This document shows, piece after piece, positions 8,610 to 18,073 of a DNA stretch of 33,582 nt. A model generated the notes under the pieces. That model was given only the letters and a program-made list of their open reading frames with translations, was not told the origin of the DNA and searched no databases. The stretch is taken from contig MHDQ01000083.1 in NCBI GenBank assembly GCA_001803565.1, positions 1 to 33,582 of the forward strand. Direction: 5' to 3'. The position numbers and the translations under genes were made by a program. Positions within the stretch are counted from its first letter, which is position 1, and every line of letters starts with the position of its first letter. The stretch is from Nitrospinae bacterium RIFCSPLOWO2_12_FULL_45_22 (lineage in GTDB: Bacteria; 2-12-FULL-45-22).

Positions 8610-10036
8610 ATGAAAAGGTTTGGCTCTCTTTTAATTTTCGGTTTACTCATCCTTTTCCCCTGTATTTCAGCCGCGGATCCTCTCGCAAATTGGCGAGTCA
8701 TCCCACAAACCGCGAACAGGGGGCAATTGAATGGGGTGGCTTACGGGAATGGCAATTTCGTTGCCGTAGGCCAGAATGACGATACCGGTTACAACACCGT
8801 CCCTTACAACACCATTATTACCTCGCCCGACGGAGTGAACTGGACAAATGCCTATGTAGCGAATATCACTGTGCTCAATGGCGTGACCTATGGTGGCGGC
8901 TTTTTTGTTGCGGTTGGACGCGCAGGCAAGCGATTCGTGTCGACTGACGGGACCAACTGGACTGAGATCGGTTTCGGTTCGGAGGTGATCACCACCTTTT
9001 TGGCTGTCACGTATGGGAAGGGAACCTTTGTGGCAATCGGAAGAGGAGGTAATATTTTTCGTTCTTCCGACGGGACGAACTGGACTATGGTAGACTCCGG
9101 TGTTGACTTGCTTGACCTCACCGGGGTTGCCTATGGAAATGGCCTCTTTGTGGCCGTGGGAGATATCGCATACGCGACGAGTAGGGATCCTAACCCGACC
9201 CTACTCGGGAAAGCGGTCCTCCTCTACTCTACGGATGGACAAAACTGGACCAGGGGGGATTCCGGAGTATACAGTCGCCTCAACGGTGTAACATACGGAA
9301 ACGGTACCTTTGTCGCTAGCGGTGATATCGGAACCATCATTACCTCAACGAACGGTACGAACTGGTCAGTTGCTAACTCAAATAGCAGAGCAGATCTACA
9401 AGCATAGCCTTTGGAGGAGGCAATTTCGTTGCTGCCGGAGATGGCGGCCAACTCCTCACCTCTGCCGATGGATTGAACTGGACCTCTCGAAATTCATCGG
9501 TACAGGAGCATCTGCGCGGAGTGACCTATGGCAATGGCACCTTTATCGCGGTTGGAGACAATGGCACAACCATTCAGTCAGACCCGGTCGGCGCGGTATC
9601 TGATTCGATTATACCAGTACCAACCACTCAGCAAACTTTCTCATATGACCCAGTGGCATCGCCAATAAAGAGTATAGAACCGGCCCAGGCAAAACCGATC
9701 GGAGTTGGTTCTGTCGCCATGGGTGGCAATACCCTCAGCCTCCACATAAGCCTAGATCAATTCGCTGGCCCTGTGAATATATATTTCGCTGTTTACTCAA
9801 AGGCCATAGATCCCAACAATTATTATCTACTAAAACCGGATAATACATTTCAAACCCATGCAACCGGGTTTATACCCTGGAGGGCAAATACCACGGGACC
9901 GATTGATGAAGCCCTGCTGGGTGATATCCCAACCTCATCTCTCCCACCAGGCATATACGATCTCTATCTTCTTGTCTCCCCTTCTGGCAGCCCTAGTAAC
10001 TATTATCTGTGGACAACCTATTTTGAAATCCCATAG
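8610..10036 (+). pseudogene. Secreted beta-propeller (BNR/WD40-like repeat) protein with a C-terminal accessory domain, interrupted by a 1-nt frameshift near 9400
   Basis: Signal peptide; repeated GV(A/T)YGNG.FVAVG...S.DG.NWT blades; blade text SIAFGGGNFVAAGDGGQLLTSADGLNWT continues in the frame of the 9473 ORF from about 9401. Confidence 0.8.
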
Positions 10037-10188
10037 GTTTTTGAATAAGGAAGGGTGAGAGTATAACCTTTGCTACAACGAATTAGATGGAAGAAAAATA
10101 AAAAATGGCAGTTGGGAAAAGAGGGCCTCTCCCCATTGTTCCCGTTTAAAGCGACTTTGACGTAATCCAGCTTAATCGGGATTCAGGG

Positions 10189-10515
10189 TTATAAATGCTT
10201 ATCAATAAACTTTTTCAGGATTTGCTTGGGTTGAGCCCCAACTATTTGCTCTAACACCTGGCTCCCCTTAAAGAGTAGTAAGGAAGGTATACTCATGATA
10301 TTGTAGCGGGTAGCGGTCTCTCGGTTCTCGTCTACATTTAATTTGCCTACTTTGAGGCGGCCAGCATATTCCTGGGCTAGCTCTTCAACAATGGGGGCGA
10401 CAGTTCGACAAGGTCCACACCAGGCAGCCCAAAAATCCACCAGGGTCAAAGTGCCTGAATCAAAAACTTCCTGAGCAAAATTCTGATCGGTTAATTCTAT
10501 TATACCTTCCCCCAT
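10189..10515 (-). CDS. trxA: Thioredoxin
   Basis: VDFWAAWCGPC, KLNVDEN, SIP; ATG at 10515 with GGAGG RBS. Confidence 0.96.
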   Translation of the reverse strand: MGEGIIELTDQNFAQEVFDSGTLTLVDFWAAWCGPCRTVAPIVEELAQEYAGRLKVGKLNVDENRETATRYNIMSIPSLLLFKGSQVLEQIVGAQPKQILKKFIDKHL

Positions 10516-10577
10516 TATTATTTCCTCCCTCCTCAATCTATAGAATTATCGAACTTAAGTTTTATCAAGGGTCATTC

Positions 10578-10700
10578 ATAACCGCAGACGCAAAGGACTC
10601 AAAGATATTTCGTGATTCGTGCCCGTTGTCCGTGTCCGTTATGGAAGAATAAGAATTGGTTTTCACGGGGACGGTTCACGGTCACGGGTATTTTGTTACG
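10578..10700. repeat. Palindromic element with CCGTG/CACGG hexamer core
   Basis: CGTGATTCGTGCCCGTTGTCCGTGTCCGT ... CACGGGGACGGTTCACGGTCACGG. Confidence 0.5.
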
Positions 10701-11091
10701 ATATTTGTCCTTTCTTCCGTTCATAATCGGAAATAGCGGCTTCTAAACCCTCTTCTGCCAGGACTGAACAGTGCATCTTTACCGGTGGTAGACCATCCAG
10801 GGCTTCTGCTACTGCCTGATTGGTGATTTTTTTGGCCTCTTCAATGGTCTTACCTTTTAGCATCTCTGTGACCATGCTGCTGGTAGCAATAGCCGCCCCA
10901 CAGCCAAAGGTCTTGAACTTAGCATCCAATATGATACCATCTTTAATCCTAAGATAGAGTCTCATCACGTCCCCGCAAACGGGATTCCCTACCTCTCCTA
11001 GCCCATCCGGGTCTTCCATCTCACCCATATTACGGGGATTCATGAAATGATCCATTACTTTATCACTATAAGGACCTAATTTGTTTGTCAT
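10696..11091 (-). CDS. iscU: Fe-S cluster scaffold IscU/NifU-N
   Basis: YSDKVMDHFMNPRN, GNPVCGD, KTFGCG, LPPVKMHCS. Confidence 0.95.
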   Translation of the reverse strand: MTNKLGPYSDKVMDHFMNPRNMGEMEDPDGLGEVGNPVCGDVMRLYLRIKDGIILDAKFKTFGCGAAIATSSMVTEMLKGKTIEEAKKITNQAVAEALDGLPPVKMHCSVLAEEGLEAAISDYERKKGQIS

Positions 11092-11124
11092 TCTCCTACC
11101 CTCCTCATTTTGTTAGTGACTGTT

Positions 11125-12303
11125 TCACTTCCAGGGAGACATGGCCCTGAGCCGTTCTACAATACCAGGGAATACCTCCAAAAAATATTCTACTTCCTCC
11201 CTATTATTATCTTTGCCTAAGCTAATGGTTAAAGAGCCAGTACAGATATGGCTAGGGACACCTATAGCCGTTAATACCTGGGATGCTGCCAGGTCTTCCT
11301 CAGTCCTGCCGCGGATATTGGAGCTGCACGCCGATCCACTGGCTAGCTCAATCCCTTTAAAGGCCAAATGGAGGAGCAGGGACTCCCCTTCCGCATTCTC
11401 TACCCAGAAGCTCACATGACCTGGTAGGCGCTGGGTGGGATGGCCAGTAAAATGGATGTCCTGTATCCGCTGGCTTAAGCCTCTCCAGAGTAAATCTCTT
11501 AATATCAGGAGATGTTCTATACGGCTGGGCATCTCTTCTTTTGCTATCTGGGCAACAACACCCAGGCCAACGGTCCCAGGGAGATTCTCTGTCCCAGACC
11601 GATAGCCGGCCTCCTGAAAGCCCCCTTGCAATAAAGGGTCTATCCTTATCCCCTGCTTGAGATAAAGGGCCCCGATACCTTTGGGGCCATAGAAGCTATG
11701 GCCCGCCAGGGTAAGGGCATCTACCCCTAACTCTCCGACATTTACTGGGATGATCCCCACCGTTCCTACAGCATCAGCATGGAAAAGGATTCCTTTCTCT
11801 CGGGCGATATTTGCTATCTCAACTATCGGTTCGATAGTCCCTATCTCGTTATTGGCATGCATAATAGAGATCAAGATAGTATCGGCTCTGATAGAGGCTT
11901 TCAGTGCTCCTAAATCTATAATTCCATAGCTATCTACTGGTACCCTGGTTATCTCAAATCCCCACCGGCTTAAAGCCTGAGCAGCAAAGAGTACCGAAAA
12001 GTGCTCTATATCCGACAGTATAATATGTCTTCCTTTATCTTCATTGGCCCAGGCGATCCCTTTAATAGCCATATTATTGGCCTCAGTAGCCCCAGAAGTA
12101 AAGATAATATTCTGGGCCTCGGCACCTATCAGGCCAGCTACCTTAGCCCGGGCTTCTTCCAATGCCTTAGCGGCTTGCTGGCCGTGTTCATAGAAGAGGG
12201 AAGAGGGATTGCCAAACTGGCTGGTAAAATACGGCAGCATCTCCTCTACTACCCGGGGGTCAGTTGGGGTAGTAGAGATATGGTCAAAGAAGATCTTCCT
12301 CAT
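11125..12303 (-). CDS. iscS: Cysteine desulfurase-like (NifS/IscS group I) protein with an atypical PLP site
   Basis: FGNPSS, FTSGATEANN, SDIEHFSV, HANNEIG, RSGTEN, SGSACSS; HSFYGPKG replaces HKxxGPKG. Confidence 0.88.
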   Translation of the reverse strand: MRKIFFDHISTTPTDPRVVEEMLPYFTSQFGNPSSLFYEHGQQAAKALEEARAKVAGLIGAEAQNIIFTSGATEANNMAIKGIAWANEDKGRHIILSDIEHFSVLFAAQALSRWGFEITRVPVDSYGIIDLGALKASIRADTILISIMHANNEIGTIEPIVEIANIAREKGILFHADAVGTVGIIPVNVGELGVDALTLAGHSFYGPKGIGALYLKQGIRIDPLLQGGFQEAGYRSGTENLPGTVGLGVVAQIAKEEMPSRIEHLLILRDLLWRGLSQRIQDIHFTGHPTQRLPGHVSFWVENAEGESLLLHLAFKGIELASGSACSSNIRGRTEEDLAASQVLTAIGVPSHICTGSLTISLGKDNNREEVEYFLEVFPGIVERLRAMSPWK

Positions 12304-12538
12304 GGCCTATCTCCCCTTGCATAATCTTTAGCCCCAGCCGCTTCTTCATCTCTATGAACTGCCTCACCAGCAGCTTCTCATGCTTTACTTCTTCCTGGTA
12401 AAGCTGTAGGTACAGCTCCTTTTCTTCTGGCAAAGAGGCCAGGGAAGCGGCTTTAGCATATTTGGCCTGGGCCTCCCTCTCTTGTTCTATAGCCTCTTTT
12501 AATATTTCTAACAGCTCCTTTTCAATTAAGCTAACCAT
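12284..12538 (-). CDS. Small ferritin/rubrerythrin-like (half four-helix-bundle) protein
   Basis: EAIEQEREA...Y...EEVKH single ExxH motif; overlaps the iscS start. Confidence 0.8.
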   Translation of the reverse strand: MVSLIEKELLEILKEAIEQEREAQAKYAKAASLASLPEEKELYLQLYQEEVKHEKLLVRQFIEMKKRLGLKIMQGEIGHEEDLL

Positions 12539-12575
12539 GGTCAGACAAACCTATTATTAACCTTTGAAAACAGGA

Positions 12576-13316
12576 CTAAACCTTCCAGCCACCACTGATA
12601 GTTAAACATGCCCCGGTAATGTATTTAGCCCTTTCAGAAACCAAAAAGATAACCGCTTCCGCTATGTCTTCTAGGCTGGCGAGGCGGCCCATAGGGATCT
12701 GCTTTTCCGCTCTCTGCTGCTCCTCTGTGTTTAAATCTCCTTTATCTACATAGCCCGGGGCAATAGCATTCACAGTAATGCCATATTTCGCCCCAGCTAC
12801 TGCCAGGGATTTAGTAAGGATAATAACCCCGGTCTTGGCAATAGCATAGGGGGTAGAGAAGCGGGCTGCCGATACCTGCTCTGCCCCAGCCGCAGCAATA
12901 TTAATTATACGACCATAAACCTGCCGTCGCATATACTCTAGCACATATTTAGAACAATAGAAGGCTCCATTAAGGTTTATATCAATTGTGGATACCCATT
13001 CCACCGGACTTAGCTCAGCAATATCTTTGTAATAATATCTACCTACATTGTTAACCAGGATATCCACCTTGCCAAATTCTTTTATAACCGCTTCTATTAA
13101 CCCCTTGACCTGAGCCGAGTTGGTAATATCGGCCTGAAAAGCACTGCTGGCCTGGCCCATGGCCTGGATAGCGCTGACAATCTCTTTGGCCTTCCCTTCT
13201 TCAGATAGATAATTTATAGCAACGGTGGCATCATTCCGGGCAAGGGTCAGGGCTATCTGTCGGCCGATACCCCGGGAACTCCCAGTTACTAAAGCTACTT
13301 TTCCTTTCAGATCCAT
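12576..13316 (-). CDS. Short-chain dehydrogenase/reductase (FabG-like)
   Basis: TGSSRGIG, DILVNNVG, YAIAK, VNAIAPG. Confidence 0.92.
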   Translation of the reverse strand: MDLKGKVALVTGSSRGIGRQIALTLARNDATVAINYLSEEGKAKEIVSAIQAMGQASSAFQADITNSAQVKGLIEAVIKEFGKVDILVNNVGRYYYKDIAELSPVEWVSTIDINLNGAFYCSKYVLEYMRRQVYGRIINIAAAGAEQVSAARFSTPYAIAKTGVIILTKSLAVAGAKYGITVNAIAPGYVDKGDLNTEEQQRAEKQIPMGRLASLEDIAEAVIFLVSERAKYITGACLTISGGWKV

Positions 13317-13396
13317 TATAGGCTAGAAAAAAAGAAATTTGTTAACCAGTGATTATCTTGATAATGTTACATTTACCGATAGCAGCCCCTCTAAGC

Positions 13397-13620
13397 AAAT
13401 TCTAAATCCTAAGCACTAAATTCTGAACAATAACAAAATCTGTAATAGTTTAGCCAAATAAAACTCATATTCATATTATATTTAGCTAGGGCGAAACGTC
13501 CCCAAAATAGCCCCTTTTTATTAGCTATCAGGAGAAGTCTGAAATCTGAATCTCAAAACTATTTTTTTTGTTTTGAATTTTAGTCATTTGAATTTGTTTA
13601 GGATTTCGAATTTAGAATTT
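13397..13620. repeat. AAATCCT/AGGATTT heptamer-periodic hairpin element with a ~100-bp insertion
   Basis: Right arm 13571-13620 is 47/50 identical to 26225-26274; left arms also align. Confidence 0.75.
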
Positions 13621-13628
13621 AAATCGAG

Positions 13629-13874
13629 TTATATATGCTTTTTTAGCGAATCATATTTCCGTTCCCATTCTTTCTCCCTATCATCTTCTCCTTTGTCCTG
13701 ATCGCTATCAATTCTCTCACCACCAGTAACCGTCTTTCCCGTGATAGCAAGTTCAGCATTGCCGCAACGGGCACAGGTTATAGGGAATTTTCTGTCATAC
13801 ACGAGGATATTGATCACCGAGAGATAGCCACAGCGACAGCTCAGCTTGATAAACACCTTCTCCACCACCGGCAT
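13629..13874 (-). CDS. Small hypothetical protein with CxC...CxxC (putative Zn/Fe ribbon)
   Basis: SCRCG...TCARCG; RBS AAGGAGGAGG directly after the fprA stop; start could be GTG 13886. Confidence 0.65.
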   Translation of the reverse strand: MPVVEKVFIKLSCRCGYLSVINILVYDRKFPITCARCGNAELAITGKTVTGGERIDSDQDKGEDDREKEWERKYDSLKKHI

Positions 13875-13894
13875 AGCATCCAGCACCTCCTCCT

Positions 13895-15079
13895 TTATCC
13901 TCTGGTCTTAATATCCCTGGCAATCTTTTCGCCAAAGGCGATACATTTTTTTAATTCTTCTTCATCCGGTACATAAGGGATTTCTAGACCAGATTCTATA
14001 ACCTCTATCCCAGCCTCTTTCATCTCTTGGTAGGCAGCCTTTACTGCTCCAGCACTCCAACCATAAGAGCCAAAAGCTGTCCCTAACTTAGCTTTAGGCC
14101 TCAAGCCTTTCAGATAAGCCAAAAAGCCCGCTACCGTCGGGAACAGACCGCGGTTAAGGGTGGGGGAACCTATTAGTATGGCTTTAGAGTCTAATACTTC
14201 TCTTATTATATCACTCCTATCACTGTTACTCAGATTGAACAGCTTTACTTCCACCCCTTCCCGGCTAATACCCTCCAGGAGGGCCTTAGCCATCTTTTCT
14301 GTACTTTGCCACATACTGTCATAAACTATCAGGATCTTATCCTTGGCCTTACCCTGACTCCAATCGGCATATAGGCCAATGATCGTCTCTGTATCCTGGG
14401 CCTTTCGCCAGATCAATCCATGACTGGGGGCAATAATATCAACCTTTGTATCTCTCAGTTTCTCCAGGGCTTTAAGCACCATGGAGGCATAGGGCATAAC
14501 GATATTGGCATAATATTTAGCCGCTTCCGGTATTATCCCACTAACTTCATCGGCATAGCGATACGAAGAGGCAATATGCTGTCCAAAGGCATCACTAGAG
14601 AAGAGTATCCTTTGGCCTTTTAGATAGACCAGCATATTATCGGGCCAATGGAGCATCGGTGCTTCAACGAACTGAAGCTTCTGTCTACCTAAGCTCAGCT
14701 CCATCCCTTCCTTTACAACCATAAAAGGCCAGTCTATCTTGTGGTACCGAAGCAATCCCTCTTTACCCCGTGCGGTAGTAACCACCAAAGCCCTGGTCAT
14801 GTGTCTCATGGTCTCCGGCATAGAGCCAGAATGATCCATCTCTACATGGTTAGAAATCAGGTAGTCAATATCTTTGAGGGCAACTATCTCTTGAATCCTA
14901 TCCAGCATCTCCTGAGCAAAAGGCGCCTTTACTGTATCTATCAGGGCAATCTTTTCATCTATAATCAGATAAGCATTATAGCTTGTACCGTGTGGGGTAG
15001 TATAGCCATGAAAATTCCTGATATTCCAATCTATTGCCCCTACCCAATAAATACCAGAAGCCAGTTCTACTTTAGTCAT
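13895..15079 (-). CDS. fprA: Flavodiiron protein (FprA/Roo, O2/NO reductase)
   Basis: HVEMDHSG, LHWPD, SSDAFG, PSHG, flavodoxin domain YDSMWQST / FGSYGWS. Confidence 0.96.
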   Translation of the reverse strand: MTKVELASGIYWVGAIDWNIRNFHGYTTPHGTSYNAYLIIDEKIALIDTVKAPFAQEMLDRIQEIVALKDIDYLISNHVEMDHSGSMPETMRHMTRALVVTTARGKEGLLRYHKIDWPFMVVKEGMELSLGRQKLQFVEAPMLHWPDNMLVYLKGQRILFSSDAFGQHIASSYRYADEVSGIIPEAAKYYANIVMPYASMVLKALEKLRDTKVDIIAPSHGLIWRKAQDTETIIGLYADWSQGKAKDKILIVYDSMWQSTEKMAKALLEGISREGVEVKLFNLSNSDRSDIIREVLDSKAILIGSPTLNRGLFPTVAGFLAYLKGLRPKAKLGTAFGSYGWSAGAVKAAYQEMKEAGIEVIESGLEIPYVPDEEELKKCIAFGEKIARDIKTRG

Positions 15080-15194
15080 TTTCCACCTCCCCTTAGAAGT
15101 TTATACCAGAGACAACTTACTGGTTCCCTTTGTAAGCTACACTTTTTAGCCGTTTTCTTGCCCTTACCGAAGGCTACCTGCTATACCCAATAGG

Positions 15195-15210
15195 AGCAAT
15201 TTTTGTGCCA
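15195..15210 (-). promoter_or_regulatory. Sigma-54 promoter upstream of fprA
   Basis: Minus strand reads TGGCAC-AAAAA-TTGCT (consensus match). Confidence 0.75.
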
Positions 15211-15408
15211 CATACCCATTCAAAATCTTCTAGCCTGAAAAATTACCATAAGTTCATGCTTTATACAACCCAGCTTTTATACGTACTCTGCGTCTGGGGT
15301 AAGAAAAGGGGATAAGGAGTTAGGGAAGATAATGGATAGGGTAGGGTAGGGTAGGCCGTAAAATTGAAAACTAAAACCTCTCGAATGTCAGTCCAAAAGA
15401 TAATGGAG

Positions 15409-15437
15409 TTGAAAAAAGGCGACAATGCAAGTAAAAT
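15409..15437 (+). promoter_or_regulatory. Putative sigma-70 promoter of the ldh-hem operon
   Basis: TTGAAA-17 nt-TAAAAT. Confidence 0.5.
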
Positions 15438-15500
15438 AAAACATTGATTGAAGGCATTACTTTTTGCTATCCCTTGCGAAATCTTCGTGAGTGAGGAATA

Positions 15501-16580
15501 ATGGGCATCTTTGATCGGTTAGAAAAATACGAGCATGAACAGTTGATACTGTGCAGTAATACCCAGGCGGGCTTAAGGGCCGTAATAGCTATCCATGATA
15601 CTACCCTGGGTCCAGCCCTGGGCGGTTGTCGAATGTGGATTTATCCGTCTGATGAGGATGCTATTGAAGATGCTCTGCGCTTAGCCCGGGGGATGACTTA
15701 TAAGGCTGCAGCCAGTGGATTGAACCTGGGAGGTGGTAAGACAGTCATAATTGGTGATCCAGCAAGGGATAAGAGCGAGGCATTGTTCCGTGCCCTGGGT
15801 ATCTATATCGAGTCCCTAAATGGCCGATATATTACGGCAGAGGATGTAGGTACTACCGTGACAGATATGGAGATTATTCACTTAGAGACCAAGTATGTGG
15901 TCGGTATTTCTACCAGTCGGGGTGGGAGTGGTGACCCATCGTTAGTAACGGCTTATGGAGTATTTAGGGGTATGAAGGCTTGCCTGGAAGAAGTCTTTGA
16001 TGACGGGTCTTTCGAAGGGCGGATAGTAGCGATTCAGGGTGTAGGGCATGTAGGGTTCCATCTTGCAGAGCTCCTTTTCAAAGAGAGGGCGAAAATATAT
16101 GCGGCCGATATTAACGATAAGGCCCTGGGCCGGGTAGTTAATCAATTTGGCGCTCTACCGGTCTCTCCCGAGGATATTTATCAAGTAGAATGCGATATCT
16201 TTGCTCCTTGTGCCCTGGGTAGTATTATAAATGATCAGAGCATACCCAAATTTCGCTGCAAAATAATAGCTGGCTCGGCCAATAATCAACTGGAAGACGA
16301 TCACCACGGCTCGGCCCTCTATAAAAGAAGCATCTTATATGCCCCAGATTATGTGATTAATGCTGGGGGGCTGATCAATGTAGCCGATGAGTTAGAAGGA
16401 TATAATAGACAACGGGCCTTAAAGACCGCCTCCAAGATATATGATAATGTCGCCCGGGTGATTACTATATCCAAGAGGGAGCGAATCCCTACCCACGAAG
16501 CGGCTGACCGGATGGCCGAGGAACGGATCAAGATGATAAAAGAGCTAAAAAAGATATATCACGGACATGCCTCCAGATGA
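15501..16580 (+). CDS. ldh: Leucine dehydrogenase (Glu/Leu/Phe/Val dehydrogenase family)
   Basis: [54 protein letters not shown]. Confidence 0.93.
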   Translation: MGIFDRLEKYEHEQLILCSNTQAGLRAVIAIHDTTLGPALGGCRMWIYPSDEDAIEDALRLARGMTYKAAASGLNLGGGKTVIIGDPARDKSEALFRALGIYIESLNGRYITAEDVGTTVTDMEIIHLETKYVVGISTSRGGSGDPSLVTAYGVFRGMKACLEEVFDDGSFEGRIVAIQGVGHVGFHLAELLFKERAKIYAADINDKALGRVVNQFGALPVSPEDIYQVECDIFAPCALGSIINDQSIPKFRCKIIAGSANNQLEDDHHGSALYKRSILYAPDYVINAGGLINVADELEGYNRQRALKTASKIYDNVARVITISKRERIPTHEAADRMAEERIKMIKELKKIYHGHASR

Positions 16581-17227
16581 CCCACTATTATCCCATCTAT
16601 CTTAATCTGAAGAACAGACTCTGTGTAGTAGTAGGCGGAGGTGAAGTAGCAGAGAGGAAAGTAAAGAGTTTGGTGGCTTGCGATGCCAGGGTACTTGTTA
16701 TTAGCCCCGAGCTTAACCAGGAATTGCAAGAACTTTATCAGAAAGGACTTATCCGTTACAGGAGAGGAAACTTTTCTCGCGAAGACCTTTCAGAGGCTTG
16801 TCTGGTTATAGGGGCTACCGATAGCCGCCAGACTAATTCTGAGATAGCTGAGCAGGCCCGTAAACAAGGTATATTGGTCAATATTGTAGATAGCCCAGAA
16901 GAGTGTGACTTTATTGTCCCGGCAACCGTGGAACGGGGGGATTTGCTTATCGGCATATCTACTGGGGGTAAGAGCCCTGCCTTGGCCAGGAATATCCGGG
17001 AAGAGTTGGAAGAGAGATATGGAGAGGAATATGCAGAATTTTTGAATTTAATGGGGGAGCTTAGGGAGGTTCTTAAAAAAGAGATGCCTGATCAGCAGCA
17101 GCGGGAAAGGATATTTCAAGCACTGATAGTATCTGATATTATCCAGTTGATAAAGGTAGGGCAGAAAGGGCAAGGCCGAAAAAGGGCCCAGGAAATAATA
17201 GAAAAAGCCTGTGGAGGCAGGAAATAA
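16577..17227 (+). CDS. sirC: Precorrin-2 dehydrogenase / sirohydrochlorin ferrochelatase (SirC/Met8/CysG-N)
   Basis: [43 protein letters not shown] overlap with ldh. Confidence 0.92.
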   Translation: MTHYYPIYLNLKNRLCVVVGGGEVAERKVKSLVACDARVLVISPELNQELQELYQKGLIRYRRGNFSREDLSEACLVIGATDSRQTNSEIAEQARKQGILVNIVDSPEECDFIVPATVERGDLLIGISTGGKSPALARNIREELEERYGEEYAEFLNLMGELREVLKKEMPDQQQRERIFQALIVSDIIQLIKVGQKGQGRKRAQEIIEKACGGRK

Positions 17228-18019
17228 GTGCTAGCAATCCTCTCATTACTAATAGTATTTGCCTATTTCTTAGCTACTTTAAAGCACATTCTATTCCTGA
17301 TCTATCGCCGGCACCAGCTACTGACAATAGCTCTTTGGGCCGGGTTATTGGGCCTGCTTTTACATACCTTAAACCTTATTGTTTATACCAGGAAAATGGG
17401 CCATTTACCCTTTGCCAACTTCTCTGAATCACTAGCCTTTTTCTCCTGGGTAATGGTTTTAACCTACCTCTTTGTAGAGTTCCGTTATAAGATCCCTTCC
17501 CTGGGTACCTTTGTGATGCCATTGGCTTTGTTGAGTATCACCTATTCGCAATTGATCCCGGGCGAGGGCACACCCCTCTCACCCCTCGTACAGAATGTTT
17601 GGTTTTTGGTCCATATAGCCTTTGCCTTCCTGGGGATAGCTGCTTTTGCCTTGACCTTTGGGCTAGGGATAATGTATATGATCCAGGAGGGGCAATTGAA
17701 ATCCAGACGGCCCGGGGGGTTTTATTACCGGCTCCCATCTTTGGAAATTCTGGATAGTCTGGGTTATAAGACCCTGGCCTGGGGATTCCCTTTATTAACC
17801 ATGGGTCTGCTAGCTGGTTCTATCTGGGCCCATTCCGCTAAAGGCTCTTTCTGGGGCTGGGACCCTTTGAAGAGCTGGCCATTGCTTATTGGGTGGATTA
17901 TTTATGGCATCCTATTTATTGGGCGCATAAGAGGCTGGTGGCGTGGTAGAAAGGCCGCCCGATGGTCTGTCCTGGGATTTGTGGCCGTAGCATTGTCCTA
18001 TCTTATCCATACCTATTAA
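17228..18019 (+). CDS. ccsA: CcsA/HemX-family membrane protein
   Basis: Multiple TM segments, conserved His (WFLVH), RLPSLE, GSIWA...WGWDP Trp-rich motif; GTG start. Confidence 0.85.
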   Translation: MLAILSLLIVFAYFLATLKHILFLIYRRHQLLTIALWAGLLGLLLHTLNLIVYTRKMGHLPFANFSESLAFFSWVMVLTYLFVEFRYKIPSLGTFVMPLALLSITYSQLIPGEGTPLSPLVQNVWFLVHIAFAFLGIAAFALTFGLGIMYMIQEGQLKSRRPGGFYYRLPSLEILDSLGYKTLAWGFPLLTMGLLAGSIWAHSAKGSFWGWDPLKSWPLLIGWIIYGILFIGRIRGWWRGRKAARWSVLGFVAVALSYLIHTY

Positions 18020-18073
18020 ATATGGAATTCAAGATTATCAGGCTATTCAACTGGGCCTGAGGATGTGGTATAG

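Noticed and set aside
9405-9407. TAG read-through (pyrrolysine) joining the propeller ORFs
   Set aside because: The continuation is in a different frame; a 1-nt frameshift explains it.
15336-15355. (TAGGG)n short tandem repeat or G-quadruplex in the fprA-ldh spacer
   Set aside because: Only three full GGG tracts plus a partial one; too short to support phase variation or a stable G4.
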